Positions 41,856 to 56,014 of a stretch of DNA of 64,000 nucleotides are shown piece after piece. The DNA comes from Octopus vulgaris (taxonomy: Eukaryota), in contig OX597814.1 in the NCBI GenBank assembly GCA_951406725.2, positions 177,878,001-177,942,000 on the forward strand, read 5' to 3'. The position numbers were made by a program, and so were the translations under genes. Numbering within the stretch: the stretch's first letter is position 1; each line of letters starts with the position of its first letter. Under the pieces are notes generated by a model. It did no database searches and had not been told where the DNA came from. It saw only the letters and a program-made list of their open reading frames with translations.

Positions 41856-44800
41856 TCAGGATTTGGGCACCAAGGCCCATTCGAGCAGAGAGTTATTGTT
41901 TGCGGAGACATATCCGGGTGTGGATGGTTTGTCCGGTACTGTTTGAAGGAATTTGTCCAAAGACTTCTTGAATTTTGTGTGGTCAGTTTCTTTTTTGACG
42001 TGTCCTGGTGTAATGTTGAAGAGAGCGGGTCCAATTGAGGTGAAATAGTTGTGCCGTATTGTCGTTATGTGATGCGATTTAGATTTTTGTTGTGGACGGA
42101 TGGCACGTGGTCCAAGCCTTGGATGCATTTTGAAGGTGATGCCAACATCATTCGGACAGTGCTGATGGAATATTTTCCACATCATACAGATAATGTAGCG
42201 TTCACGGCGTCGTTGGAGTGAATACAATTTCAGCTTCTCTAGTCTACCCCAGTAGTCAAGGTCTGACATGCCATCTATCTTTTTTGTGATTGACCTTTGG
42301 GGAGCTTCAATTCTCATAATATTTTGTTTTGTGTAGGGAGACCACAGTGGACAGCAGTATTCAAGGTGGGGTCGGGCAAAAGTGGAGAAGAGAAGGATAA
42401 TAGCGTGGGAATCTCTCGACTGGAAGGTTCTGAGAATCCAGGAACACATTCTGCGGGCCATGTCAACTTTGCTGCTTATATGTGTAGCCCAGCTTATGTT
42501 GTTGTCCACTGTTACTCCCAGGTCTCTGATGTTGTTGGATGCCATGAGAATTTCTCCAGAAGGAAGAGAGTATGGGAGTTTCAGAGCGTCCTCCCTTCCA
42601 AAGTGGATCAGTTCGAATTTGTCTTCATTTAGCAACATGTTATTCTTTTCCGCCCATTGGACAACAGCTAGTAGGTCTGACTGAAGGTTTATTCGGTCAT
42701 CCACGCCATTGATGACCTTCTGGAGCTTGGAATCATCAGCGAAGGTTCTGATGTTGCTGTGTTTGATGGTGTCAGTAATATCATTTATGTAGATGATGAA
42801 GAGAAGTGGGCCCAACACAGTGCCTTGTGGGACACCACTGCTGACTTTGGCTGGGCTGGATTTGACTCCTTCGACTACAACATGTTGGGTTCTGTTAGAG
42901 AGGAAGCACTTGATCCATTGCAGCAGCTTTCCAGTGACACCAATATTGGACAGCTTTCTCAGAAGGATCTTATGATCAACCCTGTCAAAGGCCTTGCTGA
43001 AATCAAGGTAGATGACATCAGTGTTGGAACCCTCTCCCAAGGCTCTCAAAATGTCATCAAAATGATGCCTTAGCTGCGTCAGGCAATCTCTCCCATTACG
43101 GAATCCATGCTGGTTGGGGTTCAGCATATTATGACTCTCAAGGAAGTGAGTCATACGCGATCTCAGCACCCTCTCAAATACCTTGATGATATGAGAGGTG
43201 AGTGAGATTGGACGGTAATTCACGGCAAGCGATTTGTTTCCTTTTTTGAAAACTGGGACAACAGACTGGGATAGAAGGTCTTCTGGTATATATCCAGCAT
43301 CCAATGAGTTCCGCCACAGATTGGCTAGAGGGGGTGCAAGTTGGTTTTGACACATCTTCAAGACACAAGCAGGGAACCTATCGGGACCTACTGCTGAATT
43401 ATGCTTCATTTCCTTTATTGCTGCTAAGACATCAGGAGCGCCAAATGTTATGTCCGATAAAGTGTATTGGGGAGTAACATCACTGATACAGCCCAGATCA
43501 GTCATATCAGGATTGCTGAAAACAGAGCAATATTGTTTCTGCAATATTTCTCCCATGGTTTTGGCATTGTCTTGAAGAATACCATTTTCATCAATCAGAG
43601 GGCCAACAGTAGAACCAGTGACTCTGTGTTTTTTTGCAAATGAAAAGAACACTTTGGGATTGAGTTTGATCTTCTCAATGGCCCAGGCCTCTTCAGCTCT
43701 TCGCTGACTATTGATGATAGACATCATGTTGTTTTGGAGTTTATGTTTTTTAATCTCTAGCGACGAGATGGCAGTCAGGTTGGTGTGTTGCTGTTGACAG
43801 TATTTCAGCATGTTGATCTTTTTGTTGATTCTTTTAATTTTCCTTATGAGAGATTTTCTATTTCTATGGATTCGACACTTAGATTTGTTTGCAGATCTTA
43901 ATGGGGTGTGTCTTGCACATATGTTCGTGATGGTGTCTACAAGTGACTGCCAGGACTTTTTGATGTTAGTGGGTGTGTATGTGTGCGTGAAGGACCAATC
44001 GACTTGTACAAGATCATTATTGATCGCTTCCCAGTTTGCATTGTGGAAATCCATAGTGTCAAATGGATGAACAGGAGGGATGACATTTGTTTTGCATTTT
44101 GGCCAGTGAAATCTCAGATCACAGAGAACCATGTCATGGTCGGAGAGTAGGGTTTTCTCCACTGCAATATTGTGGATAGTATCAGTGTGATTGCTGAAAA
44201 TTAAGTCTAAGACGTTTTTGTGACATCTCGTTGGTTCGAGTACCAGTTGAGACAAGAAGAAGTCATCCATGAAGTCAAGAAGCGATTCCACTGCCTCCCT
44301 GTCAGGGGTTGAGAGAGAAGAACCTGGCGACAGACTGTTTGTAGACCAGTCAACCCCGGGAAGGTTGAAATCTCCCATCATTAAAATGTTGTCAGGTTGA
44401 CACTGCTGAATGAAACACTTTATGCTGTTGAGGCATTCCTTGAAGCATGGTAGGGGCGTTTGGGGTGGTCTGTAGAGCCCAACTACTGTTAAGTTGTTGG
44501 TTTGACTGAATACAGCGACTGCTTCGCAGTATCCATTCGAAAATATGTTCATGGCTTCTGTTGAGAATGAATCATGGACATAAATGGCAGTCCCACCCTT
44601 TCTTCTGCCAACACGATCAGCACGAATGGTTTTGAAATTTTTAACTTTCACCTCGGCTTCCAAGTGGAGGTCACTAAGATGGGTTTCAGTGAGGACGAAG
44701 AAAGGGATGTGGTTTGGATGGGCCTCGACCCAGTCCTCCAGGAATCTTATCTTCCATTTTTGTGTATTGGTGGAAGGGCTGATGCCTTGGGCATTAAGCA

Positions 44801-44873
44801 GAAATGTTGAGGCGAGAGTGGATGGTTTTAATTGTTTTGGTGATTTGTTTATTTGATTGCTTTTTAATGGCAT
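41856..44873 (-). CDS. LINE ORF2: apurinic-like endonuclease + reverse transcriptase, 1005 aa, uninterrupted
   Basis: APE motifs LTETHL, GGTAIYV, YRPP, MGDFN, LDLIFS, SDH. RT motifs [47 protein letters not shown]. Confidence 0.97.
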   Translation of the reverse strand: MPLKSNQINKSPKQLKPSTLASTFLLNAQGISPSTNTQKWKIRFLEDWVEAHPNHIPFFVLTETHLSDLHLEAEVKVKNFKTIRADRVGRRKGGTAIYVHDSFSTEAMNIFSNGYCEAVAVFSQTNNLTVVGLYRPPQTPLPCFKECLNSIKCFIQQCQPDNILMMGDFNLPGVDWSTNSLSPGSSLSTPDREAVESLLDFMDDFFLSQLVLEPTRCHKNVLDLIFSNHTDTIHNIAVEKTLLSDHDMVLCDLRFHWPKCKTNVIPPVHPFDTMDFHNANWEAINNDLVQVDWSFTHTYTPTNIKKSWQSLVDTITNICARHTPLRSANKSKCRIHRNRKSLIRKIKRINKKINMLKYCQQQHTNLTAISSLEIKKHKLQNNMMSIINSQRRAEEAWAIEKIKLNPKVFFSFAKKHRVTGSTVGPLIDENGILQDNAKTMGEILQKQYCSVFSNPDMTDLGCISDVTPQYTLSDITFGAPDVLAAIKEMKHNSAVGPDRFPACVLKMCQNQLAPPLANLWRNSLDAGYIPEDLLSQSVVPVFKKGNKSLAVNYRPISLTSHIIKVFERVLRSRMTHFLESHNMLNPNQHGFRNGRDCLTQLRHHFDDILRALGEGSNTDVIYLDFSKAFDRVDHKILLRKLSNIGVTGKLLQWIKCFLSNRTQHVVVEGVKSSPAKVSSGVPQGTVLGPLLFIIYINDITDTIKHSNIRTFADDSKLQKVINGVDDRINLQSDLLAVVQWAEKNNMLLNEDKFELIHFGREDALKLPYSLPSGEILMASNNIRDLGVTVDNNISWATHISSKVDMARRMCSWILRTFQSRDSHAIILLFSTFARPHLEYCCPLWSPYTKQNIMRIEAPQRSITKKIDGMSDLDYWGRLEKLKLYSLQRRRERYIICMMWKIFHQHCPNDVGITFKMHPRLGPRAIRPQQKSKSHHITTIRHNYFTSIGPALFNITPGHVKKETDHTKFKKSLDKFLQTVPDKPSTPGYVSANNNSLLEWALVPKS

Positions 44874-45157
44874 GTGTAGTGGGGTAATAGTGGTGGATGG
44901 CGGTGGGTGATAGCTCGGATGTTTTTTTCCAGTTCTTTTGCTAGATTCATTATAGCTAAAAAAGAGGAAGAAGAGGTGGTTTCCTGTCTAGGGAACCGCA
45001 GGTGACTGTGGCCGCGGCTATTTTTATGTGAGTGGTTATCTTTAAATGTCCGACGAGTCCCCGGGAGATGGGTAAAGGGGCAATCCCTGTGCAAACACAA
45101 TCTGTCTCGCTGGGAATAGCGGCAGATTTGGGGATTCCTTGTTTGAGATATTGGTGA
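44864..45157 (-). CDS. LINE ORF1 C-terminal fragment with a CCCH-type zinc finger
   Basis: Open frame [30 protein letters not shown]...HYTCH*; overlaps the ORF2 ATG by 10 nt; the upstream part is replaced by microsatellite. Confidence 0.7.
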   Translation of the reverse strand, partial: SPISQTRNPQICRYSQRDRLCLHRDCPFTHLPGTRRTFKDNHSHKNSRGHSHLRFPRQETTSSSSFLAIMNLAKELEKNIRAITHRHPPLLPHYTCH

Positions 45158-45735
<578 letters not shown>

Positions 45736-46041
45736 CTGTACGTATGTTTGTATACATCTGTTTCAAGGAAAAAAAATTCTACAAAAATTCCATCCTCAGC
45801 TAATCATTTTCTTGTAAATGCAACGAGACAATCAAATTCAATTAACATATAATGGAGGCAAATATTTTCTCCAAGATGTGAACTGAACATCTCCATTTGA
45901 TGCGCCTAGTTCTGTCAACACCCAAAGAGCAGTATGGTGGTAGTAGAGTAAGAAGGAGCAGTAAAATAATAACGGATGATATACTACTGACAATAATAAC
46001 AATAATAATAAGAAGAAGCAGGAGAGGAAGAGCAATAACAT

Positions 46042-46080
<39 letters not shown>

Positions 46081-46088
46081 CAGTAGTG

Positions 46089-46136
<48 letters not shown>

Positions 46137-46675
46137 ATTTTGAACATTTATCGAAAAAAGTTGCCGTTGAGGAGCGATACTGTAAATCATAGTGAATATA
46201 AATTACTCATAACTATTGCATTATTTGTATTGTAATTCTGGTGGAACTAAATTGTAAAGACAACAATGGAATCAGCGAGTTGCTCTGGTGTGAACTGTCC
46301 TGTGATCTTGTGAAATCTAGTCATGATTATGGAGGTGTTAGACATTGATAAATCACGAGATAAATTTTATATGGCTGGGTTTTAGAGATTTGTGAATAGT
46401 ATCAATATAATATCTTGTAGCCACTTAATTGGAAACCAGTGATATAGTGGTATGTTAATGACTCTGTGTCATGATATATTCCTAATGGGCTTTCCAGTTC
46501 AGTTCCATCTACCTGCCAACCTAACGTACGTACGAACCTACCTACCTACCTACCTACCTACCTACCTACCTACCTGTCTGCCTGTCTGACTGCCTATCTA
46601 GCTACCTACCTAACTACCTATCTACATACCTACATATATAGTAGCTACATGCATATATAGATAGATAGATACCTA

Positions 46676-46830
46676 TTTCTTTACTACCCACAGAGAGGAA
46701 AAGCAAGGACAAACAAACGGATTAAGTCGATTACATCGACCCCAGTGCGTAACTGGTACTTAATTTATCGACCCCGAAAGGATGAAAGGCAAAGTTGACC
46801 TCGGCGAAATTCGAACTCAGAACGTAATGG
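46676..46830 (-). mobile_element. SINE family B, partial
   Basis: Homology to 22594-22828. Confidence 0.8.
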
Positions 46831-46911
46831 TATAGATAGATACCAACATCTCAGAACCTCTCTCTCATTCACTCTCTGTATGTCTGTTTGTCCTTTTCAC
46901 CCTCTCTCTCT

Positions 46912-46958
<47 letters not shown>

Positions 46959-46959
46959 A

Positions 46960-47285
46960 ATGAATGTTTTTTATATATAATGAACGTGAAATACAGGAAG
47001 GGACGAACACGGAACACAGACAAATCATTCGAAGCCTTCAATCTTCAGTCAGACACCGAATCATCATAGCAAATTTCGGCTGTTCAATTCTGATATTTGC
47101 TCCATCTCGGCCAGCCCCAAGAAAAAAAACTAAGCTGTAAGCATTAGATTTCTTGGTAGAAGACAGGAATGTGAACGCACAAGACGGATGTAAATACAAG
47201 AGACGAAAACGAAATTGAAAACAGTAATGAATAAACAAAAATATATATAACGGTGGTTGTCATACGACTTTAGACCAAATGAGAC
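46960..47285 (-). repeat. Unclassified interspersed repeat; second copy at 54022-54345 (+), partial at ~21700-21820
   Basis: Shared gtctcat..gtctaaagtcg, aagaaatctaatgct..cagcttagtttttt.cttggggctggcc and cagccgaaatttgctatgatga..ctgactgaagatt.aaggcttcgaatga. Confidence 0.75.
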
Positions 47286-48740
47286 AGAAACAACAACATA
47301 GCAGCTGGCGTAGAAATAATTGCCGTTTCGGTAGCGAGGACACATGTTGGTCGAGATACGATGGCCAACAGAATGGTTTAAGAAGCAGCAGGTTGCAGGA
47401 GAGAGAGAGAAAGAGAGACAGAGAGAGAGGGAATCAAAGAGGGTGGAAGGCAGGGGACAGAATCAGTGACCAAGAGAAAAGGAGAAAGAAGGGATTAAGG
47501 AGGATGGGAGGAAGAGGGGAGGAGGATGGGAGGAAGAGGGGGGAAGAATCGGAGGGCGCCAAAAAGTTTGGTGAAGAAGCAATGGCGGGTAGGAAAGACA
47601 GATATATATATATATATACAGCAAGGTCGTATAAAACAAAAACAACATGCGTATCATATAAACTGGCAGTGGTTGTTTGCCGGAGTCGAGCATTAATTAA
47701 ACGGGCTACTCCATCTAGATTCTTGTGGTGAATAGAATATATGAACACCTTGACAAAACAAAACACAACAGCTTTCTTAAAGTAGTGATGGACTCAACAA
47801 TGATAGTGAAAGGCCATCAGTGAAGCAAGAAATGGAACTGTGACCTTTGTGCTTGGCATTTTACAAACTTTACTCACCTAAGAACCCAAATGAAAGAATT
47901 CCTGTGACAAGTGCAAAGGCCATCCACTGTTCTTTAAATTAATTTCACAATTCTCTACGTACTGTAATGATAGACCAATACCATTGCTAATACGTGTGAA
48001 TATATATACACATATGTGTATGTGTCCTTGTGAGTGTGTGTGCGCGTGTGTCTGTGCATATTTATGCACGTACAATCGTGCATAAATACCACAGTTTATT
48101 TAGTAACAATGCCTTTAATTTTGCATCGACAGCTTGCCACAGACGATATATACGCCTGTATCAGATCAGTTGGAAGTCAACTGTACATCATTCTTTGAAT
48201 ATTTTCTTGCTTGTCCCTTCCTCATTTTATAATTTGAAAAATATATCTGTACATTAATACGTCATGTCTCTCGTCTTATTGTGTTGCTGAAATTTTTTCG
48301 ATATAAGATTTTGTATAAGATCATCCTTCAGAGAGACTCACTGGCGCCGCGCGTAATTATGTTCCTCTACAGGAATTTTCAGTGACGAGGGTAATAGGAG
48401 GGTTACTCTGCATTTAGGCAGCTGAAAAGCTTTCTTTCGAACCCCACTGAGTAAGATCGAGTTTACTTGTAAAGGTTTTACAAATGAGATTTATGGTCGC
48501 CTAGATTTATTGCCTTTTCTGTCTCGTTTTCATAGTTTTATGTTTCGTTCTAAATGACTGTCTAGGTTTATTGATCACTGGACGTTCTGTTAAATATGTG
48601 CACATGATCTGCATACGATATAAGTATTAAATTAATTTGTTCATATACAACTTATGGTAGTACATACATATAAACTTACACTTCAGCACAATTGCACACA
48701 CACATCAACAGATATCACATACCAACAAATACAAACAAAC

Positions 48741-48773
<33 letters not shown>

Positions 48774-48857
48774 CTTATATATGTATGTGTGTATGTATGT
48801 AAAAATGTATTCATACATACACACGTATATATGTATATATGTATATGTATATAAATT

Positions 48858-49045
48858 TATAGTATATAACATTTGCGACAATATGAATATGATGTTAATA
48901 TACATCAATAATAATATTCATATTTCCTAGCGTATTTTGCATGTAATATCTAAGCTATAGTATATAACATTTGCGACAATATGAATATGATGTTAATATA
49001 CATCAATAATAATATTCATATTTCCTAGCGTATTTTGCATGTAAT
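48858..49045. repeat. Exact direct repeat, 2 x 90 bp, period 98
   Basis: 48858-48947 equals 48956-49045. Confidence 0.92.
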
Positions 49046-49952
49046 TTTTTAAATATAACTATATTAAATTACATTACCTTAGAATATTGAAAACCCTGCG
49101 TCTATCATACGATGTAGCAATATATTGGGATTAGTGTGTGCATGTTTATATGTGTGTGCATACATTTCCCAAAACTATTCGTTTCTTGAATATATATATG
49201 TATATGTATATACTTCTCACTCAAAATATTATTTTCATAACACTGAACACTCCTTATTTTTTACCGATTTATATACATCCATCCATCCATCCATCCATCC
49301 ATCCATCCATCCATCCATCCATCCATCCATCCATCCATACATACATACATACATACATACATCCATACATACATCCATACATCCATACATGCATACATAC
49401 ATAAATATGTGTGTATATATAAAGTAACAAGTAATAGAGTCAAAAGTGCTTACACTTCCTTTTGACTCTTTTAATTTTTAGTTTTTATTTTCACACACGA
49501 GGCATAGCTAAGAATAGAATTGATAGCATAAGATTACTACCGGCTATTTAGGAATTCTAAGGGTGAACGATCTCTATTTGTACTTTTATACGTTCTTAAC
49601 AGAACACACCTCATCTGACTATATATATATAACCTAGCACTCTGGAGCCTACCCAGCTGTATTTATAGCACAGAATCACTCATCTTGCTACAGTCAAAAA
49701 TTGTGAAGCATGACTGTCAACACTACTACATGAACCCGAAGATTGCAGAATTCAATGCATGAAAGTACTAGTTCAATCAGAATGAATATTTAACATTCTA
49801 CTATTTCATTTTATTTTATTCAATTATAATATATTATCTTATAATATATCATTATAAGATTGTAAATAAAACGTGAAAATCAGACAAGGTTGGAATTCTT
49901 GTTATTAATATATTCTTCTATACACAATCACACACACCCATATATATATATA

Positions 49953-49997
<45 letters not shown>

Positions 49998-49999
<2 letters not shown>

Positions 50000-50390
50000 C
50001 TCTTTTACTAGTTTCAGTCATTTGACTGCAGCTATGCTGGAGCACCGCCTTTATTCGAGCAAATCGACCCCAGAACTTATTCTTTGTAAGCCTAGTACTT
50101 ATTCTATCGCTCTCTATTGCCGAACCGCTAAGTTACGGGGATGTATACACACTACCATCTGTTGTCAATCGATGTTGGAGGGAAAATCAAACAGACAAAC
50201 ACAAACACGCACACGCATATATATATATACATATATACGACAAGTTTCATTTAATTTCCCTCTACCAAATCCACCCACAAGGCTTTGGTTTGGCCGAGAA
50301 TATAGTTCAAAACATTCGCCCAAGATGCCACGTAGTGGGAGTGAACCCGGAACCATGTGGTTCGTAAGCAAGCTACTTACCACACCCACC
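49998..50390 (-). mobile_element. SINE family A
   Basis: Reverse complement of head and tail. Confidence 0.85.
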
Positions 50391-51749
50391 ATATATATAT
50401 ATATATATATATATATATGGACCTACTTCAGAACATCAACTTACCAGGGATCATATAGGGGCAACTCAGAATGCCACCTAGCCAAAACTTAGAAGTCACT
50501 TTCAATTTATGCAAGTTGGTACTAAATATATTCTCTAGAAGTGCGGTTTTGTTATATGTAAGTATGTGCAAAAGGCATCCAATTAAAGGTTTGCAAGTAT
50601 TGAAATTCCATCCGTTTCGAGAGAGGGTGGACCAATCGCATTGTGGGAATTGTTAACGATTTCGATATTAACTGATATGAAATGAAAAGGGGAGATAATA
50701 GTAAGAATCTAGAATTTTCCAACTGGACATGTTATGAAAAACAGAACCAACATTGCATGAACAGGAGATGATAGAATGGCTTCCGTTGACTCATGTTTCT
50801 GCCTCAAAAGATTTGAGCAGTACAGCCATAAACACGCACACCCAGCCACACATGCGCACGCGTATATATATATATATATATATACAGAGAAAGAAAGAGA
50901 GAGAGGGGGAGAAACAGACAGACAGACAAATAGATAGATAGTTAGTTATATAGGTAGATTGACAGGCAGACAGATTGAGAAATAGAACGCCAGGCAGTGG
51001 AGGATAGATATCACCTTTAAGTAACTTAAAGTAACCAATCAGAATATGAGGCCACGTCTTAAATGTTACATACTCAAGCCAATATCAGCTTGAATATAGT
51101 TCAAGTTTTACATTGAAAAGAGTAATGGAAATGCTGAAAAATCTCTTCTAACGTGACAGATAGCGTTTGTGTAAACAAATTTCTTATGCTTTAATATATT
51201 AAACAATTCTAATTCGCAACGTATTTTATTGCAATGAAAGCTATTGAACTTTCAAATGTGCAGAATGAATTATTGCAATGAAATTTAGCATGCATTTGAA
51301 GTTTCATAATTTCTTATTCCTATTAAACTTATTGCATATTAGAATTATCATCCTGTAATATTTCTTTGTAGCCTATTGAATATTTGAGTATTAAGTATTT
51401 TTTTGTGGCTGAGAAATGTTTTTATGGTGCAATCGCTTCATTTTAAATTTTCACAGTATAGTTGTATTTGAAATATATATCGTTGCAGTTATGGAAAAAT
51501 GTCGTAAGCCAAAACGTTGCTTTTTCAGAAAGCGAAATAATAGTTTCACCATTCCATAACAAAACCATGGTACTACACTTTGACAATTTTTGATACGATA
51601 GTTAAAGCAAAAGAAACGGCTATGGCAAGGAAAACCAAATATGGAAAAAAAAACTGCATTTGGCCGAATTTGGTGACAGGACAGTTTAACATAATAGCAG
51701 TGATATATATATATATATAGATATAATATACATATATATAATGTTTTAA

Positions 51750-51997
51750 CTGTTTATTTAAGTCACTAAACTGCGGTCATGCTGGGGCACTGCCTTGAGA
51801 AATTTTAGTCGAAAGCATCACCCCACTACTTATTTGTCTTTGAGTCTGGTCCTTATTTTATAGGGCTCTTTGCCGAACCACTAAGTTGTGGGGCCGTAAA
51901 TGCACCAATATCTGTTGTCAAGCGATGATGGGAGACAAATACATAGAAACACATACACTTACAACTCCCCTACCCACACGCAAGATTTATATGTGTG

Positions 51998-52043
<46 letters not shown>

Positions 52044-52172
52044 GACAGGCTTCTTAATGTTTCCATCTGCCAAATCCAATCACTATAGCCGAGGCTATAG
52101 TGGAAGACAGTAGCCGAAGTTGCAAAAAAAGTGGGACTAAATGTTTTACCACACATCCAACGCCTGCGCCTA
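51750..52172 (-). mobile_element. SINE family A, diverged
   Basis: Degenerate homology to family A. Confidence 0.65.
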
Positions 52173-52179
52173 CACACGT

Positions 52180-52211
<32 letters not shown>

Positions 52212-52297
52212 GCATGTATGTATGCGTGTATCACTATTAAACCTTATCTGGGATACATAATGCATAAAATTAAAGGAAATGTTTGTTTCTTAAACTG

Positions 52298-52334
<37 letters not shown>

Positions 52335-53777
52335 AAGAGAGAGAGAGATAGATATATATGTGTTGACGTTTATTACTGTTAACCTCATTTTAGATTGTAA
52401 TGATAGAAAACCATTTTGTCCATGAAGGTATTTATATTCTCTTATGCCTTGTCAATTAACACCGAACATTAGAAATACTGCTTTCACATATAGAAATTTA
52501 CTTCATGAGTCATGAAACGTATTTGCACTCATTTTGAATTACTGTCATGTCACGTAATAGCAATTTACATTTTCTAAACGTTCTCAATTTTATGAAACCT
52601 ATTTGTCCATGAGATGCTTCTCTGTAACTACTTACTACAGATTTTGTTTCTTGAAGACAAACTACTATTTTAAATTAGTAGTTTGTCTTCAAGTAGTTTT
52701 CATTTCAAGCTGATCTATTTCGAGTAATTGTCTCCCACTTGACATCTGTTCATATTCTGCACCGAACTGAGCGTAGATTTAGGAAAATACATTAAATTTA
52801 TAGTGGAACACTTATCGAACTGATATAATATCATGTCCAAATTAATATTCTTTTTTGTACATATTTGATGTACTTATTAAAACGATTGTGAGAATCTTAG
52901 AAGTGGTGTACTTTATCTTAATAATCATTACCGAAATAACATCTTGAGTTTACTGAAGACTATCAGATATGCTGTGTTAATGTTTTATTTCAAAATTGTA
53001 TTTCGATATTTCTTCTAGAATCTAGAAATAGATAAATATGAAGCCGCGTGTTTTAAGCATTGGGAATTTTAAGATATAAGCTGATATTTTGAAGCTCACA
53101 CAAATATTCGGCAATTATACTGTGGCACTATTTTTGACATCAGGGATCATAAACATTCTTTTCGCAATGACCCACTTTCGAGTAGTTTTGATCTGCTCAT
53201 AACTCACATGCCCTCTAATTTCTAATAAGAATAAAGTCGCCATTTGTCTTTTTATTTTGGTAGTGACAGTGCCTATGAAAGTAAAATATTTTATAAACTC
53301 TGATACAAATGTCTATCTAAAATTCTTTAAGTGCTCATTGGTTCCCAAATTTCAATCTTATTGCATCCCATTCAGAGCACTTCCAGAGGTCAGTCTTCTT
53401 TTCACGGTCCATTAAGGAGCTTTAACTAGTTTACATGTTTTACATGTTTAATAAGTAGTAGACCTATACTCATGCTCTATTTTATGAATTGTTTATAAAT
53501 TTAACCGTTAAAGGTATTTTTTAATTGATAAGATTATTTTCGAGAAAATATTTTTTTTCGCAAAGAATTTTATCCTCCCATTTGATATAAATTTAAGAGT
53601 TCACTTCCGAAGTAACTAACTCACTCTGTGAGAGTCTCAGTTCAAATCGCACGTACCTCGAATGGGCTGGAGTATTTCTATTTTGGATGTATTTGGGGTA
53701 CTTAGTTGTGCCCATGACTTAGTGTTTGCTTCTCCCATGGGTGCGAGTAAGTATCTCATTTATTTCTTTTACCACAT

Positions 53778-53832
53778 GTATCACTGACGAAGAGAGGGCT
53801 CTAAGTAGCTAACTCTGAAATCGGTCCGATAT
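53778..53832 (+). ncRNA. Type-I minimal hammerhead ribozyme candidate
   Basis: tatca CTGACGA agag..ctct GAAA tcgg TC cgata; canonical core, GUC site, one stem-I mismatch. Confidence 0.62.
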
Positions 53833-53978
53833 GGTAATAATGGAATTTTAAAGAAATTTCTGTCGACCTTTTTTCGAGTAGCGTGCGAATTGTGAAAACA
53901 TTATATGGTTAATGGACAATATGTCCAATTTTTCGGCATATTTGACACTAGAAATTTTTTTCTTTGCCCTCATTTATG

Positions 53979-54015
<37 letters not shown>

Positions 54016-54021
54016 TTAAAT

Positions 54022-54345
54022 TTGTCTCATATTGTCTAAAGTCGAAAGACACCTGCTGTTATCCTGTTATTAACCATTCTTGTTTTTATCTTTATTTTTA
54101 TTTTCGTTTTTTGTATTTATATTCGTCCTTGTTGCGTTTACATTCGTTCCTTTTTCCAAGAAATCTAATGCTCACAGCTTAGTTTTTCCTTGGGGCTGGC
54201 CGCGTTGGAGCAAATATCAGAATTAATCAGCCGAAATTTGCTATGATGATGCGGTTTCTGACTGAAGATTAAAGGCTTCGAATGACCCGTCTGTTTTCTG
54301 TGTTCGCCCCTTTGTGTATTTCACGTTCTTGTTTCTTTATATATA
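54022..54345 (+). repeat. Unclassified interspersed repeat (same family as 46960-47285), between TA tracts
   Basis: Colinear homology with the reverse complement of 46960-47285. Confidence 0.75.
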
Positions 54346-54356
54346 ATTTTTATACC

Positions 54357-54388
<32 letters not shown>

Positions 54389-56014
54389 CACACAGATACG
54401 CAAACACACACACACACACACATATATACATATAAAACATGGTTTATTGTGAGTAGTATTTTAAGGTAAATACTAATAATACTGAAGACACATCAAAAGT
54501 AAGGGAAAGTTATCGAAATTTAAATTAAAATTAAAAAAATATAAGATGATGAATCGAAAGTTCGAGAAAAAAGATTGAAATAGTAAAACGTGTTTCATCT
54601 TTCCAAAGAAAGGCATCTGGTTAACATTTTAATCTCAAGCCACGTATGTAATAGCGTCGTGAAATAATTTACAGCTGTCTGTGATAGAAGGAAAAATGCG
54701 TTAAATTTTATTTTATGTATATGTCAGGTCATTAAATGAATTTGCATTACAAATTACTACAAACCTATAGACGTTTCATGTACTTCAGTCATGGTATCTT
54801 GTATGGATATATTCGTTCTTGTACTATGTATGTATGTATGTATGTATGTATGTATGTATGTATGTATGTATGTATGTATGTATGTATTTGTGTATGAACG
54901 TATGTATGTGTGTATATTAATATATATATATGTTTATATATATATATATATATATGTATATGCGTATGTTTATATATATGTATATACGTATATGTTTATA
55001 TATATGTATGTGTGTGCATGTATATGTATGAACGAATGAATGCATATCTACAGGAAGGAATGTAGTTTTGAACGCATGTATATGTATGTAACATTATACA
55101 TATACACGCAAGAGATCATACATATGCACGCAAAATTTCATACACATATATACACAGCCACGTTTTAAAATCATTTTTGCTCTTCCATCTTTATACGTGC
55201 GAAAACTCAGTCGCGCACAAACACATACACAGAAAAGCCAACCCGATTGCATACACATGCATGTGCACACACACACATACAAACACACATATGTACCTAG
55301 CACATGCCCACATATATATATGCTGATAAATGCAAAGCAAAATCTATTATGCATACATAATTTATTTTTGGTATGTAAAATGGAATATAAACACGTTTAT
55401 ATATATATATATATATGTATATACATATATATATATGTATATATATATGGATAAGTGTATTCAAATGTATATATCTGTATATATACGTACACACATATAT
55501 ATATTCATATCATATATGTAAATCTATATATCTATTTATGTACATCTATACGTACATAATTATATATATATGTATGTATTTACGAGCTTATGCAAATGTC
55601 GTGGAATTACTGAGAATTCGTAAATATGGTTTGAAAAATTTGAAAGTTGATTAAAAGTGAAAATGATGGAATTATTAATATCGAAATGGTAAACATTGGA
55701 AGACAGATTAGTTTCGTGACAATAAGAGATTAGGTTCAATTCACATCACTGCAGAAGCGATACAAAAATGTCTTCTCTTTTCTGTAGACACTTTTGAACT
55801 GTCGTTAAAACTAATAACTGCTGTCAACATTTTATGCCCTTGATGTATGAAAACAATTCGTCTCCAGACATTACGAATTATGTTAATGATAAATAGGCAT
55901 AAAATATGACACGGCTAGTATAAAAAAAACAGCTGCACCATCATCATCGCCATCTTAACCGCCTCTACTATTACTAATAACTTTGATGATGATGATAATA
56001 ATGATGATAATAAC

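Larger units (their letters stand above)
41768..45157 (-). mobile_element. CR1-group (Jockey superclade) LINE, 5'-truncated within ORF1, inserted in (TA)n
   Basis: Intact ORF2, ORF1 3' end, short 3'UTR with ggcca-atac-tggcc stem-loop and (ttctaagtta)x2 tail. Confidence 0.95.

Noticed and set aside
42297-44856. Plus-strand ORFs inside the LINE
   Set aside because: Antisense shadows of ORF2.
47279-47731. 150-aa R/E/G/K-rich ORF
   Set aside because: Crosses purine-rich low-complexity sequence and a TA tract; no domain motifs.
54255-54295. CTGAAGA...GAA as a hammerhead in the unclassified repeat
   Set aside because: Stem II/III geometry and the cleavage triplet do not fit.
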